From Planctomycetota bacterium (GTDB lineage: Bacteria > Planctomycetota > UBA1135 > UBA2386): DNA of 64,000 nt. The notes below the pieces were generated by a model, which ran no database searches, had not been told where the DNA came from, and worked only from the letters and a program-made list of their open reading frames with translations. Position 1 is the first letter of the stretch. Each line of letters starts with the position of its first letter. Shown here in pieces: positions 33,932 through 44,568 of the stretch. Both the position numbers and the translations under genes were made by a program. Location of the stretch: the NCBI GenBank assembly GCA_947501605.1, contig CANMWZ010000002.1, positions 32,001 through 96,000 of the forward strand. The letters run 5' to 3'.

Positions 33932-35104
33932 TCAGCCCAACGCGGCGACGCCCGGGAGCACCTTCCCTTCGAGCAGTTCTAGGCTGGCGCCGCCGCCGGT
34001 CGAGACGTGGCTCAGTTGCTTCACGACGCCGGTCTTCTCCGCGGCAGCAACCGAATCGCCACCGCCCACGACGGTGAACGCGCCGGATTTCGCGACGGCG
34101 TGCGCAACCGCCTCCGTTCCCCGGCAGAACGCAGCCATCTCGAACACCCCCATCGGACCGTTCCAGATGATCGTCTTGGCGCCTTGCAGTGCCTGCTTAT
34201 AGAGCTCGATCGTCTGCGGACCGATGTCGAGGCCCATGAGACCGTCGGGGATGTCCCCCACGTGCACGCTCGCCTTGCTGTCGGCCTTGAACTCTGCAGC
34301 GCAGACGTGGTCGAGGGGCAACAACAACTGCTTGCCTGCAGACCGGCACATGGCCAGCACCTTGCCGGCCTCGGCGACGAGGTCCTTCTCGACCAGTGAG
34401 GTGCCGACCTTGTGACCCTGCTGCACGAGGAACGTGTAGGCCATCGCGCCACCGATGATCAGGATGTCGACCTTGGCCAGAAGGTTCTCGATCACGGGAA
34501 GCTTGTCGCTGACTTTGGCGCCACCGAGGATGGCCACGAACGGGCGAGCCGGAGTGTGCAGCACCTTGTGGAAGGCATCGAGCTCCTTTTGCATCAGGAG
34601 TCCCATCGCCGCCGGCAACAGCCTTGGCACGCCACTGACCGAAGCGTGGGCGCGGTGCGCGGCGCCAAAGGCGTCGTCAACGTAGACATCGCCGTTCTTG
34701 GCCAAGGCCGCGGCGAAGGCTGGGTCGCCATTTTCCTCGGCGTCGTGGAAGCGCAAGTTCTCGAGCACGAGGCACTCGCCCGCCGCGAGGGCGCGCGAGG
34801 CCGACTCCGCCTCACTACCGATGCAGTCGGAGACGGTCTTGACCGGCGAGCCGAGCAGCTGTTGCAGCCGCTGCGCCGCGGGCCGAAGCCGCATCGACTC
34901 GACGACCTTGCCCTTCGGTCGGCCGAGGTGAGCCATCAGCACGGGCCTGCCACCGGCTTTCAGGATCGCCTGGATCGTCGGCAGACTCTCGCGAATACGG
35001 GCATCGCTGGTGACGTTCAGATCCTTGTCGAGCGGGACATTGAAGTCCACACGCACAAGTACGCGGCGGTTCTTCAGATCGAGGTCCGTGAGCTGCTTGG
35101 GCAT
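33932..35104 (-). CDS. pgk: Phosphoglycerate kinase
   Basis: RVDFNVP, HLGRPKG, LENLRF, DAFGAAHRAHAS, GGAKVSDK, STGGGASLE. Confidence 0.98.
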   Translation of the reverse strand: MPKQLTDLDLKNRRVLVRVDFNVPLDKDLNVTSDARIRESLPTIQAILKAGGRPVLMAHLGRPKGKVVESMRLRPAAQRLQQLLGSPVKTVSDCIGSEAESASRALAAGECLVLENLRFHDAEENGDPAFAAALAKNGDVYVDDAFGAAHRAHASVSGVPRLLPAAMGLLMQKELDAFHKVLHTPARPFVAILGGAKVSDKLPVIENLLAKVDILIIGGAMAYTFLVQQGHKVGTSLVEKDLVAEAGKVLAMCRSAGKQLLLPLDHVCAAEFKADSKASVHVGDIPDGLMGLDIGPQTIELYKQALQGAKTIIWNGPMGVFEMAAFCRGTEAVAHAVAKSGAFTVVGGGDSVAAAEKTGVVKQLSHVSTGGGASLELLEGKVLPGVAALG

Positions 35105-35142
35105 GGCGAAAGGGCGCGTGAGAGAAATCGCGGGACGCACTG

Positions 35143-35171
35143 GTGACCGGCGGCTCCGCGCCACCGGTCAC
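35143..35171 (-). terminator. Intercistronic stem-loop between gap and pgk
   Basis: Minus strand GTGACCGGTGG-CGCGGAG-CCGCCGGTCAC: 11-bp stem with one G-U, starting 10 nt after the gap stop; no clear U-tract. Confidence 0.6.
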
Positions 35172-35181
35172 GGCTACTCGA

Positions 35182-36234
<1,053 letters not shown>

Positions 36235-36304
36235 CTAGACTCCTCTGCAGTTGTTGCGGCGCGGAAAAGGCGCGGCAGCATACCCTTCAGAGCCCCCCCA
36301 CCCA

Positions 36305-37741
36305 ATGGACAGCCTGCGCCGACTCCTCGACGCGACCGCCCGTTGTCTGTGCCGTTACGAGAACTTGGTCGCCGGACGTCCGGTCGTGGCCGCGGTCTCG
36401 GGTGGTGCGGACAGCACGACGCTCGCCTACGTGCTCGAACGCCTCCGGCAAGAAGACCGGCTGCCGGGCCCACTCCACTTCTGCCACGTCGACCACGGCG
36501 TACGTGTCGACAGCGCGCAGAACGCCGACCATGTGCGCGCTCTCGGCGAACGGCTCGACGTGCCGGTGCATGTGCACCGGCTCCTCGATCTCGGGGAGTC
36601 GCCCAGCGAGGACCGCATGCGGCAGGCCCGCTACGCCGCGATCAGCAAGATCGCGCTGCAGGTGGGTGCCGGCAGTGTGCTGACCGGGCACCACGCCGAC
36701 GACAACCTCGAAACCGTGTTGTTCCGTTTGCTGCGCGGCACCGGCCCGCGCGGCCTCGCCGGCATTCCCGAGTCACGTTGGCTCGTGGATGGTCTCGCCC
36801 GTTGCCTGCTGGTACGTCCTTTCCTGCGCGTGCGCCGCAACACCCTCGCGGGGCTGCTGTCGCGGATCGGCATCCCGATCTACCAAGACTCCACCAACGA
36901 CGATGTCCGCTACGCCCGCAATCGCTTGCGGCTCGAGACCATCCCCAAGCTGCAGCGTGAACTCGGGGCCGGTCTCGACGTCGCGCTCATGACGGTGACC
37001 AGCACAGCGCGCGCCGCAACCGAGATCCTCGACGCCCAAGGCCGTCGTGTGCTGCTCGAACGGGCCACCCGCCGCAACGCCGCGTGCATGCATCTCGACC
37101 TCCGTGGCATCCGCCCTGACGACATTCCGTTCGTTGCAGAAGCGCTGCGCTTGGCGCACATGGACCTAACGGCCACAGGCGAAGCCCCGCTGCAAAGCTG
37201 GATCGACCGCGCGATGGCCCTCCTTGGGAAGCCCGATGGCACCCGGCTGGCGGGCCGCGGCGGCCTGTTGGTCGAACGCACACGCAATGGCCTGCTGCTG
37301 GTCGATCCAGAGCGCGCGGGCTCGCCGCCGCCACTGGCGACGGACGGCCCGGTTCTACTCTGGGACTCGGGCCGCCAGCGATTTGGCACCACCGAGTGGC
37401 ATGTGCAAGCCATCGAGCATCCGCAACCGCCGCTGTCGCCGAGCCCGAATGAGGCAGGTCCCTTTCGCGCCCTGATCGACCCGCGCAGCGCGCCGCTGCC
37501 GTGGCGTTTGCGCTGCCGCCGTCAAGGCGACCGGATCCAACCGCTCGGCGCAGCGTCCGAGCTGCAACTTCGGCGCTTCCTGCTGTCGCGCCACGTGCCG
37601 CGCTTTGATCGCGATCGCCTGCCGCTCCTCTGCGACGCCGACGACCGCGTGCTGTGGGTACCAGGTGCCGATATCGCGGAGGCCGCTCGCATCCGCCTCA
37701 ACACGAGTCGGTGTGTCGAGGTTCGCGTGAGCACTGCGTGA
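36305..37741 (+). CDS. tilS: tRNA(Ile)-lysidine synthetase
   Basis: AVSGGADS, HVDHG, GHHADDNLET, RGTG, DSTN...RNRLR, C-terminal RRQGDRI...VP..DR..LPL. Confidence 0.94.
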   Translation: MDSLRRLLDATARCLCRYENLVAGRPVVAAVSGGADSTTLAYVLERLRQEDRLPGPLHFCHVDHGVRVDSAQNADHVRALGERLDVPVHVHRLLDLGESPSEDRMRQARYAAISKIALQVGAGSVLTGHHADDNLETVLFRLLRGTGPRGLAGIPESRWLVDGLARCLLVRPFLRVRRNTLAGLLSRIGIPIYQDSTNDDVRYARNRLRLETIPKLQRELGAGLDVALMTVTSTARAATEILDAQGRRVLLERATRRNAACMHLDLRGIRPDDIPFVAEALRLAHMDLTATGEAPLQSWIDRAMALLGKPDGTRLAGRGGLLVERTRNGLLLVDPERAGSPPPLATDGPVLLWDSGRQRFGTTEWHVQAIEHPQPPLSPSPNEAGPFRALIDPRSAPLPWRLRCRRQGDRIQPLGAASELQLRRFLLSRHVPRFDRDRLPLLCDADDRVLWVPGADIAEAARIRLNTSRCVEVRVSTA

Positions 37742-37848
37742 TCGGGAGGATCGACGGGTGACGCGGCCAACGCGCTTCCGTCGTGTGCTCGCTTGCGGCA
37801 TACTGCGTCGCCCCTCCGACCCCCCTGCCGCCGCCCCCTCTCTGCAAC

Positions 37849-40437
37849 GTGCGCCTCTTCGTCGAATCCGGCCCTTTGGCTGGCACATCGGTTGAACTCG
37901 ACCGCACCCAACCCACATCGATCGGCAGCGGTGCAGACTGCGCCCTGCGCTTGCAACAACCCGGAATCGCGGCGCAGCATGCTGTCGTCAAGGCTCTGCG
38001 TGAGGACGGCTACGGCATCAAGGCGATCGCCGCGGGCGTGCGCGTCAACGGCGCCGAAGTCGAAGCCGCGCCGCTGAAAGACGGCGACACCATCGAGATC
38101 GGCGCGACGCGCTTGCTCTACGGCCTGCGCCAGAAAGCCGCAGCCAAGGGGCCGCAGATCAAGGGCTTCCACATCCTTCGCGAACTCGGCCGCGGCGGAA
38201 TGGGGATGGTCTACCTCGCCGAGCAGACCAGTCTCAACCGCCAGGTCGCGCTGAAGGTCCTCGATACCCGCCGAACTTCGGATCCACAATTCGTGGCCAA
38301 GTTTGTCGCCGAGGCCCGCGCTGCGGCCAAGTTGTCGCACGCCAACGTGGTGCACGTGTTCGATGTCGATCAGGACGCGGGCACGTACTACTACACCATG
38401 GAGCTGATGCACCATGGCTCGCTCGAGACCTGGCTCAAGAAGAACGGCAAGATGCCGGTCGAGCGGGCGCTGCAAGTCATCGCCGACGCCGCGTCGGGCC
38501 TCGCCTTCGCCGAGTCTCTGCGCATCGTCCACCGCGACATCAAGCCAGACAACTTGATGCTCGACCAGCATGGCACCGTCAAGATCGCCGACCTCGGTCT
38601 CGCCTTCACGGAAGAAGACCCAGAGGAGCAGGCTGCGGGCACGCCGCACTTCATGGCCCCCGAGCAGGTGCTGCGGAAGACCATCGACCACCGCACGGAC
38701 CTCTATGCGCTTGGTTGCACGTTCTATCGACTGATCACCGGCCGTACCCCCTTCAAGGGCCAGGCGGTGAAGGACATCCTGCGCGCGCAGGTCAAGGACG
38801 AGGCCGAACCCGCGCACAAGGCGGAGCCGGGCGTGCCGCAAGAGGTCTCGGCGATCATCCAGAAGTTGATGCAGAAGGAACCGGCCAACCGGTTCCAGTC
38901 GGCAAACGAGTTGCTCGACGCCGTCAACACACTGCTGCAACCGCCGGCGAAGAAGGGGCTGTGGATCGGCATCGCCGTCGCAGGTGCGCTGCTCGCTTCG
39001 GGTGCGATCTACTGGGCCGTGACGAAGCCCAAGGACGTCATCAAGGAGACGGAGTACATCAACAACCCGGAGGCGGCCCGCTTGGCGGGCGTCAACAAGA
39101 CTCTTGAGGCGCAGGCCCGCGAGGACCGCGCCACGATCGCACTGCTGCGCGCCCGGATTGAGGCCGGCGGCGGCGAGGCGCTGGTGACAGCGCTCACCGC
39201 GATCGCACAAACGCACCCCGGCACCAAGGCTGCAACCGAGGCGACTTCGCTGGCCGAATCCACGCGCGCCGAAGTTGCTGCTCAGCTCGCACTGCAACAA
39301 AGGGCGGCGGAGCAGTCCGACAAGGCTCTCGCCACCATTCGCGCCGAGGTCGAAGTCGCGATCGCCAAGAACGACCTCGTGCAGGCGCTCGCACTGGTCG
39401 ACGGCAAGAGTCCACCGCCCGACGCGGACCCCACCATCTTCAAGAGCGGTCTCCAGACACTCCGCCAACAGATCGTCGCCGCCGCCGCCGCGCACGTCGG
39501 GTCACTCCGCGCCGAGATCGACCGGGCGCGCGGCCAAAACGCAGCAGACGCAATGCGAACCGCAGCGCGCGCGCTGGCGGCACTCGTGGGCGAGACCGGC
39601 TGGAACTCCGAATTGGTCCCAGAACGCACCATGCTGGCGTCGGTCGCGAGCGCGGCGTCGAGTGCCGCCGACGAACTGGAATCGAGCGCGACGAAGACGC
39701 AATGGCGCACCTATGCAGAACTCCTGCACAAGTCCGACGGCACATTGGCAGTACTGGCCCACGGCGACTGCGCCGGCGCTGCGGCCACGCTCGAGGCCCA
39801 CGCCGAGGCGTGCAAGGACCTGCCGATGGGTCAGCACTCGCAGCGCTTGCGCGCCTCGCTGCTGCACGCAGCCGCGTTCGCCGAAGCGGTCGCACAAGCC
39901 CTGCCCGCGGGTGAGATCCAGCTGCCGGTCCCCGGCAATGAAACCAACCTGAGCGTCAGCACCTGGAGACAGAAGGCTGGCCAACTCGTCGTGACCGACC
40001 CGACCAAGAAACCGCCTAAGGAGACCGTGCTGCCGACCAAGGAACTTTCGATCGAGCAATGGGAATCGTTGGCTGCGCAGGCTGAAGAGCCCACCGACAA
40101 GGCAGGAAGCCGCGCGTGCTTCCTCGCCCTGCTGGCGATGCAACGCCACCACGACGCCGCCAAGAGCTATCTGCAGACCCTCAAGAACGTCGACGACGAG
40201 TCCGGCACCGGAGCCCAGGGTTACCCGCTGGGCGTGACGGCGTTCGACGTACTGCTTCAGCAGTTGCCAGACGGCACGCCTTGGGCCGCTGGTGTCCGCG
40301 AGGAACTGCTCGCGAGCCGCTTGCTCGCCGCCGGCCTTCGCGCGCTGTCCGAACGGCGCAATCTCGCCGCTGCCACCTACCTCGACCGACTGCTGGCCGA
40401 ACATCCGCACAGCGTCTGCGTCACAGGCATGCAGTGA
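37849..40437 (+). CDS. FHA-domain Hanks-type Ser/Thr kinase with TM helix and large helical C-terminal region
   Basis: FHA-like N-terminus (SIGSG...QHA...NG...LKDGDTIEIG); GRGGMG, VALK, HRDIKPDN, DLG, GTPHFMAPE; TM GLWIGIAVAGALLASGAIYWAV. Confidence 0.92.
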   Translation: MRLFVESGPLAGTSVELDRTQPTSIGSGADCALRLQQPGIAAQHAVVKALREDGYGIKAIAAGVRVNGAEVEAAPLKDGDTIEIGATRLLYGLRQKAAAKGPQIKGFHILRELGRGGMGMVYLAEQTSLNRQVALKVLDTRRTSDPQFVAKFVAEARAAAKLSHANVVHVFDVDQDAGTYYYTMELMHHGSLETWLKKNGKMPVERALQVIADAASGLAFAESLRIVHRDIKPDNLMLDQHGTVKIADLGLAFTEEDPEEQAAGTPHFMAPEQVLRKTIDHRTDLYALGCTFYRLITGRTPFKGQAVKDILRAQVKDEAEPAHKAEPGVPQEVSAIIQKLMQKEPANRFQSANELLDAVNTLLQPPAKKGLWIGIAVAGALLASGAIYWAVTKPKDVIKETEYINNPEAARLAGVNKTLEAQAREDRATIALLRARIEAGGGEALVTALTAIAQTHPGTKAATEATSLAESTRAEVAAQLALQQRAAEQSDKALATIRAEVEVAIAKNDLVQALALVDGKSPPPDADPTIFKSGLQTLRQQIVAAAAAHVGSLRAEIDRARGQNAADAMRTAARALAALVGETGWNSELVPERTMLASVASAASSAADELESSATKTQWRTYAELLHKSDGTLAVLAHGDCAGAAATLEAHAEACKDLPMGQHSQRLRASLLHAAAFAEAVAQALPAGEIQLPVPGNETNLSVSTWRQKAGQLVVTDPTKKPPKETVLPTKELSIEQWESLAAQAEEPTDKAGSRACFLALLAMQRHHDAAKSYLQTLKNVDDESGTGAQGYPLGVTAFDVLLQQLPDGTPWAAGVREELLASRLLAAGLRALSERRNLAAATYLDRLLAEHPHSVCVTGMQ

Positions 40438-40730
40438 CCCTGCGCGCCACCGACACCAAGACGGGTGTCCAGTTCGGCATCAAGGCAGTGCCTGGAAGCA
40501 GTCGCGACCGCATCGCCGGGGTGCATGGCGTCGTGCTGCGAATCTGCGTCGCGGCGCCGCCCGAACGCGGCAAGGCCAACGACCGGATCTGTGAACTCCT
40601 AGCCAGCGCACTCGACCTACCGGCGAGCAGCGTCGCGATCGTGTCCGGGTCCAGCAGTCCCAACAAGCAGGTTCACGTCGAGGGTCTCACTGGGTCGCAG
40701 GTCTGTGCGCGACTTGGTCTGCAGGACTGA
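40434..40730 (+). CDS. DUF167/YggU family protein
   Basis: KAVPGSSR, VAAPPERGKAN, IVSGSSSPNK; GTGA overlap with the kinase stop. Confidence 0.88.
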   Translation: MTLRATDTKTGVQFGIKAVPGSSRDRIAGVHGVVLRICVAAPPERGKANDRICELLASALDLPASSVAIVSGSSSPNKQVHVEGLTGSQVCARLGLQD

Positions 40731-40790
40731 GCCGACGACGACGCCCACTCGCGCCTTTGGCGACGGGCACCTCAACGTTACGTTGCACAG

Positions 40791-41624
40791 ATGGTCGGAC
40801 CAGCTCACGGCAGTAAGCCATCGCGTCTGCGCGAATCGGCCCAACACATCTTGTCGCGCAGTCCACAGCGGCCGCGCATCGCCTTGCTCTTGGGCAGCGG
40901 ACACGCATCGATTGCCGGTCAACTCAAGGAGAAGCTGGTGTTCCAGGGCGACGATCTGCCGCCCGGGCTCGGGCTCAGTTCGCCGCTTCTGCTCGGCATG
41001 CTCGAAGGCGTTCCGGTCGCTGTCGCCGACGCCCCGATTCTGCCGCTCGAGACCGGCGTCGAGGTGACTCTCCTGGTGCGCCTGCTGCGCGCGCTGGGCT
41101 GCGAAGTGATGATCGTGACGGCTGGCGCCGCCAGCCTCTGCCAGCAGATCGATCCAGGTTCGATCGCGCTGGTGGAAGACCACATCAATCTCACTGGCAT
41201 CCAACCGCTGCGCAGCCGCACCGACGAGCAGTGGGGTCCGAGTTTCCCCGACATGAACGATGCCTACTCACAGCGCTTGATCGAAGTCGCGCGCGACGTG
41301 GCGATGCGCTGTGGCATCCCCTGCCTGCCGGGTGTGCTGGCTGCTGTTCCAGGCCCCTCGATGCCGACCCGCGCCGAGTACCGGTTCTTGCGCCAGATCG
41401 GCGCCGACCTGGTCGGCATGTCGTTGGTCCCCGAGGTCATCGCCGCAGTCCACGCAGGATTCCAAGTGCTAGCGCTGGTCGGCATCACCCAACAAGTGCT
41501 GCCGCAACGCACCCCTGCCAACTCGTCGATCGAGGCCATGATCGATGCGGCCGAATTGGCGGCACCGCGCATGGCCTCCGTCTTGGTCGGCATCGTCGCG
41601 GCGGCGCACAAACTGCTCGACTGA
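40791..41624 (+). CDS. Purine-nucleoside-phosphorylase (trimeric PNP/MTAP) fold protein with degenerate active site
   Basis: LLGSG, EDHINLTG, FPDM, TRAEY...GADLVGMS..PEVIAA.HAG. Confidence 0.85.
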   Translation: MVGPAHGSKPSRLRESAQHILSRSPQRPRIALLLGSGHASIAGQLKEKLVFQGDDLPPGLGLSSPLLLGMLEGVPVAVADAPILPLETGVEVTLLVRLLRALGCEVMIVTAGAASLCQQIDPGSIALVEDHINLTGIQPLRSRTDEQWGPSFPDMNDAYSQRLIEVARDVAMRCGIPCLPGVLAAVPGPSMPTRAEYRFLRQIGADLVGMSLVPEVIAAVHAGFQVLALVGITQQVLPQRTPANSSIEAMIDAAELAAPRMASVLVGIVAAAHKLLD

Positions 41625-41696
41625 AGCGGGCACAATCCGCTGGTTACGCCGATGCTGACAAGCACAGGTCCCCACCCGACCGATACAAGGCTCACC

Positions 41697-42470
41697 GTGA
41701 ACGCCGCACGCATCTCTCCCCGCGCCTCCCTGGCAACGTCCCTGTTGCCCTGCGTGGCAAGATCCCTGTTGCCCTGCGTGGCAAGATCCCTGTTGCCCTG
41801 CGTGGCAATGTCGCTGCTGCTGCCGTCCTGCAGCGGCTGGTTGTTCTCGGGCTATGACGACATCGATCGCAGCCGTCCAGTGGCGCTGATCGAGACCACG
41901 GGCGGCGTCGAGTACGGCGCCACCACGGAGTTCGGCATCTTGACTCTTGGCCGCACGGCGACCGAAGGCCCGTGCCGCGTTCACTACTTCCTCGGCCCGA
42001 CACCCATCGTCGAGGACGGCACCGTCAAGACCACAGGCGCGTTGTTCGCTCGCGCCGACATGGACCTGAAGACGCAGCATCTCCGCGTGCTCGATCGGGC
42101 ACCGACTTCGACCGACGTCCTCGTGGCGATGTGGACTCCCGATGGCGTGGAGACCCAGAGTGTGGAGGTCGCGCTCGCGACCGATCCCGGCGTGCAAGGG
42201 GACGTGCTGATGGACCCCGGTACCGAATTGCCAGCCGGCGCCGCGATCTTCGCCAACCAAGATGGCCTCCTGCGTTTTGTCGGCCTCGTCGCTGGCCGGG
42301 CGACCCTGGAAGGCTCGCCGTCCGCGGGCAAGTACTATGTCTTCGCCGGGGTCGCACGCGTTCGCGAGATGCTCGCGGTGCCCGAAGTCCACCCGACCGA
42401 CTACGAGACGAAGTTCCGACCGGATTCGATCACGATCACGAAGCCCGTGCGACCCGGTCCAGTCAAGTAA
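41697..42470 (+). CDS. Hypothetical lipoprotein
   Basis: Signal peptide ending LLLPS-C; intact coding-like ORF. Start GTG 41697 is approximate. Confidence 0.7.
   Translation: MNAARISPRASLATSLLPCVARSLLPCVARSLLPCVAMSLLLPSCSGWLFSGYDDIDRSRPVALIETTGGVEYGATTEFGILTLGRTATEGPCRVHYFLGPTPIVEDGTVKTTGALFARADMDLKTQHLRVLDRAPTSTDVLVAMWTPDGVETQSVEVALATDPGVQGDVLMDPGTELPAGAAIFANQDGLLRFVGLVAGRATLEGSPSAGKYYVFAGVARVREMLAVPEVHPTDYETKFRPDSITITKPVRPGPVK
41739..41810 (+). repeat. 24-bp tandem repeat, 3 copies
   Basis: TCCCTGTTGCCCTGCGTGGCAAGA at 41739 and 41763, and TCCCTGTTGCCCTGCGTGGCAATG at 41787; encodes SLLPCVAR/M. Confidence 0.95.
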
Positions 42471-42608
42471 TGGCCCCCAGTCGAGGTGCGGCGCACTGAA
42501 GGCGCGTGACCCCGTCCGTTGCCGAGAAAGCCAACTGCCGCTAGGCCCACTGTCGGCGCTGCCGCGGCCGCCAAGCCGGACCGTCACGACGGCGGCTCCC
42601 TCAGGACG

Positions 42609-43958
42609 CTACTCGCGCACGATGCCGGCGAGGTTCATGACCTCGTCGACAACTTTGGCGAGCACGAACAGCACCATCTGATCCTGGGCGTGGATCTCGT
42701 CCTCTCCTGTCGGGATCAGGACTTCGCCTTCTTCGCGTGTGATCGCCCCGACGACGCAACCGCGCGGCAGCCCTGCGTCTCGCAGCTTCTTGCCGATCAG
42801 CTTGCTGCCGGGCTGGATCTGGATCTCCAGCACCTCTGCCTTGCCCTCTTCGATCGTGGCGATGGTACTGATGCTGCGACTGCGCACGAACGCGAGGATG
42901 CGATTGGCGCAGAGCAGCCGCGGCGACACGGCGACATCGATGCCCAGTTGTTGGTAGAGCGAGACGTAGTCGGGCTTCTGCACCAGGGCCACGGTCCGAC
43001 CGATGCCGAGGTTGCGCGCCAACTGACACGACATCAGATTCCGTTCGTCCTTGTCGCTGATGCCCAAGAACGCGTTGGCCTCGCCGACGTGCTCCTCCTG
43101 CAAGAAGTTGAGGTCCGTCGCCTCGGCGTGCAGCACAACGACGCCCTGCAGGATCTCCGACAGACGCTCCGCTTCTTCGCGGTCGTCGACGATGACGCGC
43201 GCATTGACGTGGTGCCGCTGCATCGCCTGGCACACCTGCACTGCTACGCCCGAGTTGCCGTAGATGACGACACTCTTCAGGTAGTGCTGCTTGCTACCGG
43301 TCTTGCGCTCGAACGCCGCCATCGCCTTGGGCTCGCCGAGCACGAACACTTCGTCACCAACCGCGAGCACGTCACTACCGCCTGGCACGATCACCTCATG
43401 ATCGCGATCGATCGCGGTGATCAGCACGCCGGCAGGGATCTTGAGGTCCTTGACCGCGACGCCGACGAAGTTGCTGTCTTCATCGAGCTTGAAGCGGCGC
43501 ATCTGCACCTTGCCTTCGGCGAAGTTGTCGACGCCAATCGCCCGGTTGAGACGCACGTTCTTGACGATCTCCTCGGCCGCAAGGTCATCGAGCGACAGGA
43601 GCAAGTCGTAGAGCAGGTTCTTTCGGAAGAAGGTCTTGCTGCGTCGGAACGCCGTCGTGTCCTTCAGCCGGAGCACGGTCTTCTTGGCACCGAGCCTCTT
43701 GCCGAACAGACAGGTCAGCATGTTGACCTTGTCGTCGTTGGACACCGCCAGAACGAGGTCGGCGCTGTGGGCCTCGGCCTTGTCGAGCACATCGGGACGC
43801 GAGCCGTCTCCGTGCACCGATTGCACGTCGAGCAAGTCCGCGACGCGACGCAGTCGATGCAGATCGGGATCGACGATGGTGATGGCGTGGCCTTCGGTCG
43901 AAAGAACCTTCGCGAGATAGGATCCGACTTCGCCGAGGCCGACGATCAGGATGTTCAT
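42609..43958 (-). CDS. trkA: Trk potassium uptake NAD-binding subunit (two RCK pairs)
   Basis: MNILIVGLGEVG, GDG, DKVN, second RCK VVIYGNSGV, GCVVGAITR. Confidence 0.93.
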   Translation of the reverse strand: MNILIVGLGEVGSYLAKVLSTEGHAITIVDPDLHRLRRVADLLDVQSVHGDGSRPDVLDKAEAHSADLVLAVSNDDKVNMLTCLFGKRLGAKKTVLRLKDTTAFRRSKTFFRKNLLYDLLLSLDDLAAEEIVKNVRLNRAIGVDNFAEGKVQMRRFKLDEDSNFVGVAVKDLKIPAGVLITAIDRDHEVIVPGGSDVLAVGDEVFVLGEPKAMAAFERKTGSKQHYLKSVVIYGNSGVAVQVCQAMQRHHVNARVIVDDREEAERLSEILQGVVVLHAEATDLNFLQEEHVGEANAFLGISDKDERNLMSCQLARNLGIGRTVALVQKPDYVSLYQQLGIDVAVSPRLLCANRILAFVRSRSISTIATIEEGKAEVLEIQIQPGSKLIGKKLRDAGLPRGCVVGAITREEGEVLIPTGEDEIHAQDQMVLFVLAKVVDEVMNLAGIVRE

Positions 43959-43989
43959 GAGCGCGCGAGAGGATACTCTCTCCGCCTCC

Positions 43990-44568
43990 TTGATCCTGCT
44001 GTTGGACAACAGGGATTCCTTCGTGTGGAACCTCGCGCAAGCACTCCGCATGCTCGGCGCCGCTGTGCGCGTGCTGCGAAGCGACCATCGCGAGGCCTTC
44101 GAGCCGCCGCCCGCGAACGTGCGAGCGATCGTGCTCTCACCCGGCCCTGGTCGCCCTGAGGATGCCGGCGCCACGATATCGGCGATCCGCAACCTCACCG
44201 GCACGCGGCCGATTCTGGGTGTCTGCCTTGGACACCAGGCCATCGGAGCTGCGTTTGGCGCGCGGGTCGACCGCGGCGATCCGTGCCACGGGCGCACCTC
44301 GCCGGTGCAGCACGACGGCAGCGCGCTATTCGTCGGCGTACCGCAGGACGCGATGTTCTGCCGCTACCACTCGCTCTGCGTCCATCCACCATTGCCCGCC
44401 GAACTGAAGGCGACAGCTTGGTTGGCAGACGGCACGATCATGGCGTTGCGCCATCGCGATCACCCGACCTTCGGCGTGCAGTTTCATCCCGAGTCCTTCC
44501 GCTCTCCTCACGGTATGCAACTGCTGCAGAACTTCGTTCACCTCACCCACGCGTGGGTTTCCAAGTGA
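43990..44568 (+). CDS. Anthranilate/aminodeoxychorismate synthase component II (glutamine amidotransferase)
   Basis: LLDNRDSF, SPGPG, GVCLGHQ, RYHSL, QFHPES; trpG and pabA cannot be distinguished. Confidence 0.93.
   Translation: MILLLDNRDSFVWNLAQALRMLGAAVRVLRSDHREAFEPPPANVRAIVLSPGPGRPEDAGATISAIRNLTGTRPILGVCLGHQAIGAAFGARVDRGDPCHGRTSPVQHDGSALFVGVPQDAMFCRYHSLCVHPPLPAELKATAWLADGTIMALRHRDHPTFGVQFHPESFRSPHGMQLLQNFVHLTHAWVSK

Noticed and set aside
37522..39495. 657-aa minus-strand ORF, and similar long ORFs at 20160-21644, 26313-27740, 30868-32391, 35143-36960 and 42519-44159
   Set aside because: Antisense shadows of well-identified genes, expected in high-GC DNA; no motifs.
41739..41810. CRISPR-like reading of the palindromic 24-bp repeats
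   Set aside because: Copies are head-to-tail with no spacers, lie in frame within a CDS, and no cas genes are present.
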